DNA of 64,000 bases from Moniliella sp. 'wahieum' (taxonomy: Eukaryota), in assembly GCA_003971905.1 (NCBI GenBank), contig RSEE01000052.1, positions 1 through 64,000 of the forward strand. The letters are read 5' to 3'. The translations under genes were made by a program, and so were the position numbers. This document shows positions 61,101 through 64,000 of the stretch, piece after piece. The notes beneath the pieces were generated by a model. That model saw only the letters and a list, made by a program, of their open reading frames with translations. It searched no databases and was not told the origin of the DNA. Numbering within the stretch: position 1 is the stretch's first letter; each line of letters starts with the position of its first letter.

Positions 61101-63108
61101 TCGCCTCTCCTCCACACACTTACTGCGTGCCGTACCTGTCTTTCAAGTGGTCACGGCCAGTGGGATCAAACCGTTTCCTGTTTGTTTTTACCGACTTGGT
61201 TATTGTGGCCAAACCTGTCGCCGCTCCCGAGGGAGGGGGATGATGCTTGGCATGGCCGATCTCAGTTGGCTGTTCAGTGTCAAGGCGATTTTAGAGCTGC
61301 GCACGCTCCGCCTATCCATCCCGAAGGACTACGCGTCGAACCGGTGCGCGCCCACCCGTTGATGAAGTCCCTCGTGGCGCGTTTCCCGCGCGATGCAGAG
61401 CGCGCAATCGAGGATGTGATTGCTCGCTCAGCATGCCAGCTACGGACGAGACCAAAGCGCACTGCTATCCCAGACGCCCGACTTGGACAAAAACGTGTTG
61501 ACAGCCTACCTGTGCCATCCCCGCAATGCCAGGGTGATGGACGCGTACATTGCCTGCCACGCCTGGTTGGGGTATCGGTTGAGTCGGCATTACGAGCGCT
61601 GCTGATGGGACTTTTCGCTGTTTTTCGGTCCGCGCGTACGCCGATGCAGAGCGGCTGTTGCGTGCGTTTGTCACGCGGTGGACCGAAGCGAATGCGGCCT
61701 GATCAAACCGGGCTTTACACGCGCGATCGCGGGTGCATTGGTGATGGACATGTTCCGGCTGAACGATGGGTTGCATGCGTCCGACCCATTGGCGCTGGTG
61801 CCGCGGTACGTCTATCCACCCTCCTATGGTCCACCTTGGGACCGCACCACCAAGCCCGACACGTTTGTTGCCCATGTCCGCGCGCACGACCCGGGACTGA
61901 TCTTATCGGACCAAACCCTGATGCGGATCTACGCCTCGATCCGTGCTGAACCGCTCGCCATCGCTCTGGCACCGGACGAACCACCCCCGTTGCCCATCTA
62001 CCTCACTTCGCCCCTTACCCACCAAGATGATTTACGGCCAGCCAGTGCGCTCGTGACGGTGACCCTACCTCGTGCCGATCGCGAGTTTGCTCTGCGACTG
62101 TACGGAGCGGACATTACCTTTGACCCGCCCGTCTTGACGTTTGGTCAGGCGCGTTCGCGCAGCTTTAGTATGACATCGCGGGTGCTGGGGCCGAAACAGG
62201 TGGTGTTTGTCCGGGCCGGACGAAGGAGTCGGTTCTACGGCGAGACGTTGACGGTGGACGCACAGCAGGGGGCTATACCACTGCCACGCAGCGCGACCGT
62301 GGTGTGGTAAACGTGCGTTTATGCAACACACCTTCCTTTTGACTAGCCCTTGGGACCACGGTGCTACTCCCAGTCCTACCCCCAGCCCTGGTTTGGCCCC
62401 TGGCTCTGGCGCTGTCCCTGGCTCTGGCTCTGGTCCTGGCCCTAGTTCTGGTCTGGCCCAAGTTTCCAGCACGGCGGCTGGTCGAAAGTTCTTGTTCAGC
62501 TTGGAGGACGGAGAAAAGCGGTCGTTTGTGACTGACGCCTTGGCACAGCGGTTGGATGCACTTCGTCGTACGCCCATCACACCTGTACAAAAGTTACCTG
62601 GAGACGGTTGGGGTAGAAGCGCTGCGGGAGGCGTTGATTGATCCTAGGACGAATCCAGTTCTCTCCAACGCAGTGTCAGTGCCAGTGCGCTTGCTCCTGG
62701 ACCTGGATCGCGTCGAGTAGGGACGGGAGGACGGAGGAGCAGGAACAGGAGTGACGGCAAGGTATCGGACGTGCCCGTTTCCGCTCCTGCTGTTCCCCCT
62801 CCGTCCTTGGGAGGGGGGGCACGCTTCGTCACGCCTTGGGCGGATTGACGCGCAAACTAGACCGGGTGGCTAGCTCGGCAGGTACGAGTCATCGACCCTC
62901 TGTGGCGGCTATGCCCCCGAGCGAGGGACGGGAGGGGCCAAGTGCAAGTACGAGTGCCAATGCGAGTACTGCTGCAAGTGCAAGTGCGCCTCCAAATGGC
63001 AACACGGTGTCAGGCGCACCGATCACGCTTACGGGCGCAGAGATTGTGGCCATGTGCGAACACAATTCCTTGTTGGCCCCCTTTGGGCACAACGGTCGTG
63101 AAGCTTGA
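58108..63108 (+). CDS. Large protein with low-complexity N-terminal region and a divergent Sec7-like domain (may be two genes)
   Basis: Acidic/Pro-rich frames 58108-60230; RFLFVFTDLVIVAKP; Sec7-like helices LLSQTPDLDKNVLTAYL, GVSVESALRALL, AERLLRAFVTRWTEAN, LVMDMFRLNDGLH, LMRIYASIRAEPL; stop 63106-63108; many frameshifts. Confidence 0.6.
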
Positions 63109-64000
63109 TGCAAGGTGAGCCTCATCAGCTGGTGCAGTGATGAGAGCTGTTGGCCGCCTCTCCCTGAGGGTTAGAGCCCGCTGAACCCCGAACGTCCAAC
63201 TCGATCTTTGGATCCTTAATCATTGATCAAACAGTTCTAGGTACAATAACTGTCCTTCCCCCCCTCGTTTAGCATCATGTCTGCCGAGCCCGTTCTTGAA
63301 GCATACAAGACGTAATTGGTGCAACTTCTTATTTTGTTCTGTTCTGTTCTGTTTTGTCTGCTTATTAGGGCCGTTTTGTTCTGTTCTGCTTTGGTTTTTG
63401 GTGTGGCTTGGTTTGGTTTGGTTTGGTTTGTGGTTGGCTGCAGTTCATGTGGTGGTAAAAGTCGTGACAGAAACCGTATCGCATGGCCATATTACTGTGG
63501 AGTTAAAAGTGGCATGCGGGGCATATTTATCTTTCTTCCTCCTTTTCCGTCTGTCCGTCCTCCTCGCGCCCCTCCCCCCCGTTCTCTCAACCCACTGGTT
63601 TTTTTGTTGAACAAATGCATAGGGCATGTAGGTGGACGAGGGCTATCTTGTTCCTGTATACCATAGCAGAAAGAGCCGATACAAGCCTGAAGCTTGATTG
63701 AAGCTATCCTGGCACATGCATCAACTCTTACGATCCCTCTGATCCTTGTTTTGTCTTCCCTCCGACCGTCGCCATACACTGCACAGCTCCACCGATGCTC
63801 GTCCATTTTCTCTTCGAGATAGGTTTGCTCTCATCCCTTTTATTGGGTCCGAAACTGTGTGAGGAGAGGACGATTCTGAATCGAGGGATTGGGGGTCCCC
63901 ATCGTTGTTTCGTATCCTTGAGCTACCATCTGCATGGGACCGACGACTGCAACGGCCTTATTGGTGGAGAACCTAGCATACGGACGGGGCAGAAAGCGGA

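Noticed and set aside
63330..63432. (GTTCT)n/(TTTGG)n giving a hydrophobic ORF
   Set aside because: Pentanucleotide microsatellites downstream of the Sec7-like gene, not a membrane protein.

Overview
GC-rich eukaryotic DNA from a basidiomycete fungus (inferred from GT..AG introns with CTRAC-like branch points and the gene families; Pucciniomycotina is plausible but unproven). Most genes are broken by 1-bp indels, best read as uncorrected assembly errors, so CDS coordinates are outer gene spans. Recognisable genes: MP88-like GPI mannoprotein, OSM1/FRD1-type fumarate reductase with a cytochrome b5 tail, Cla4-type PAK kinase (STE20), LSM7, PRE4, a DUF2470-like membrane protein, a Cys-rich single-pass protein, RPC34, ATG27, a convergent ALDH/ADH pair, a long coiled-coil protein, a Gti1/Pac2 (WOPR) factor and a divergent Sec7-domain protein. 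The most unusual signals are non-coding. (1) A 1417-bp TG..CA element has 105-bp terminal inverted repeats, a 5-bp TSD and an internal solo-LTR-like unit. (2) A ~125-150-bp dispersed repeat occurs in three diverged copies. (3) Intergenic DNA carries 7-bp-period tandem arrays built from many different A-NN-N'N'-T palindromic hexamers. (4) STE20 sits next to LSM7, recalling pheromone/receptor MAT-linked synteny.
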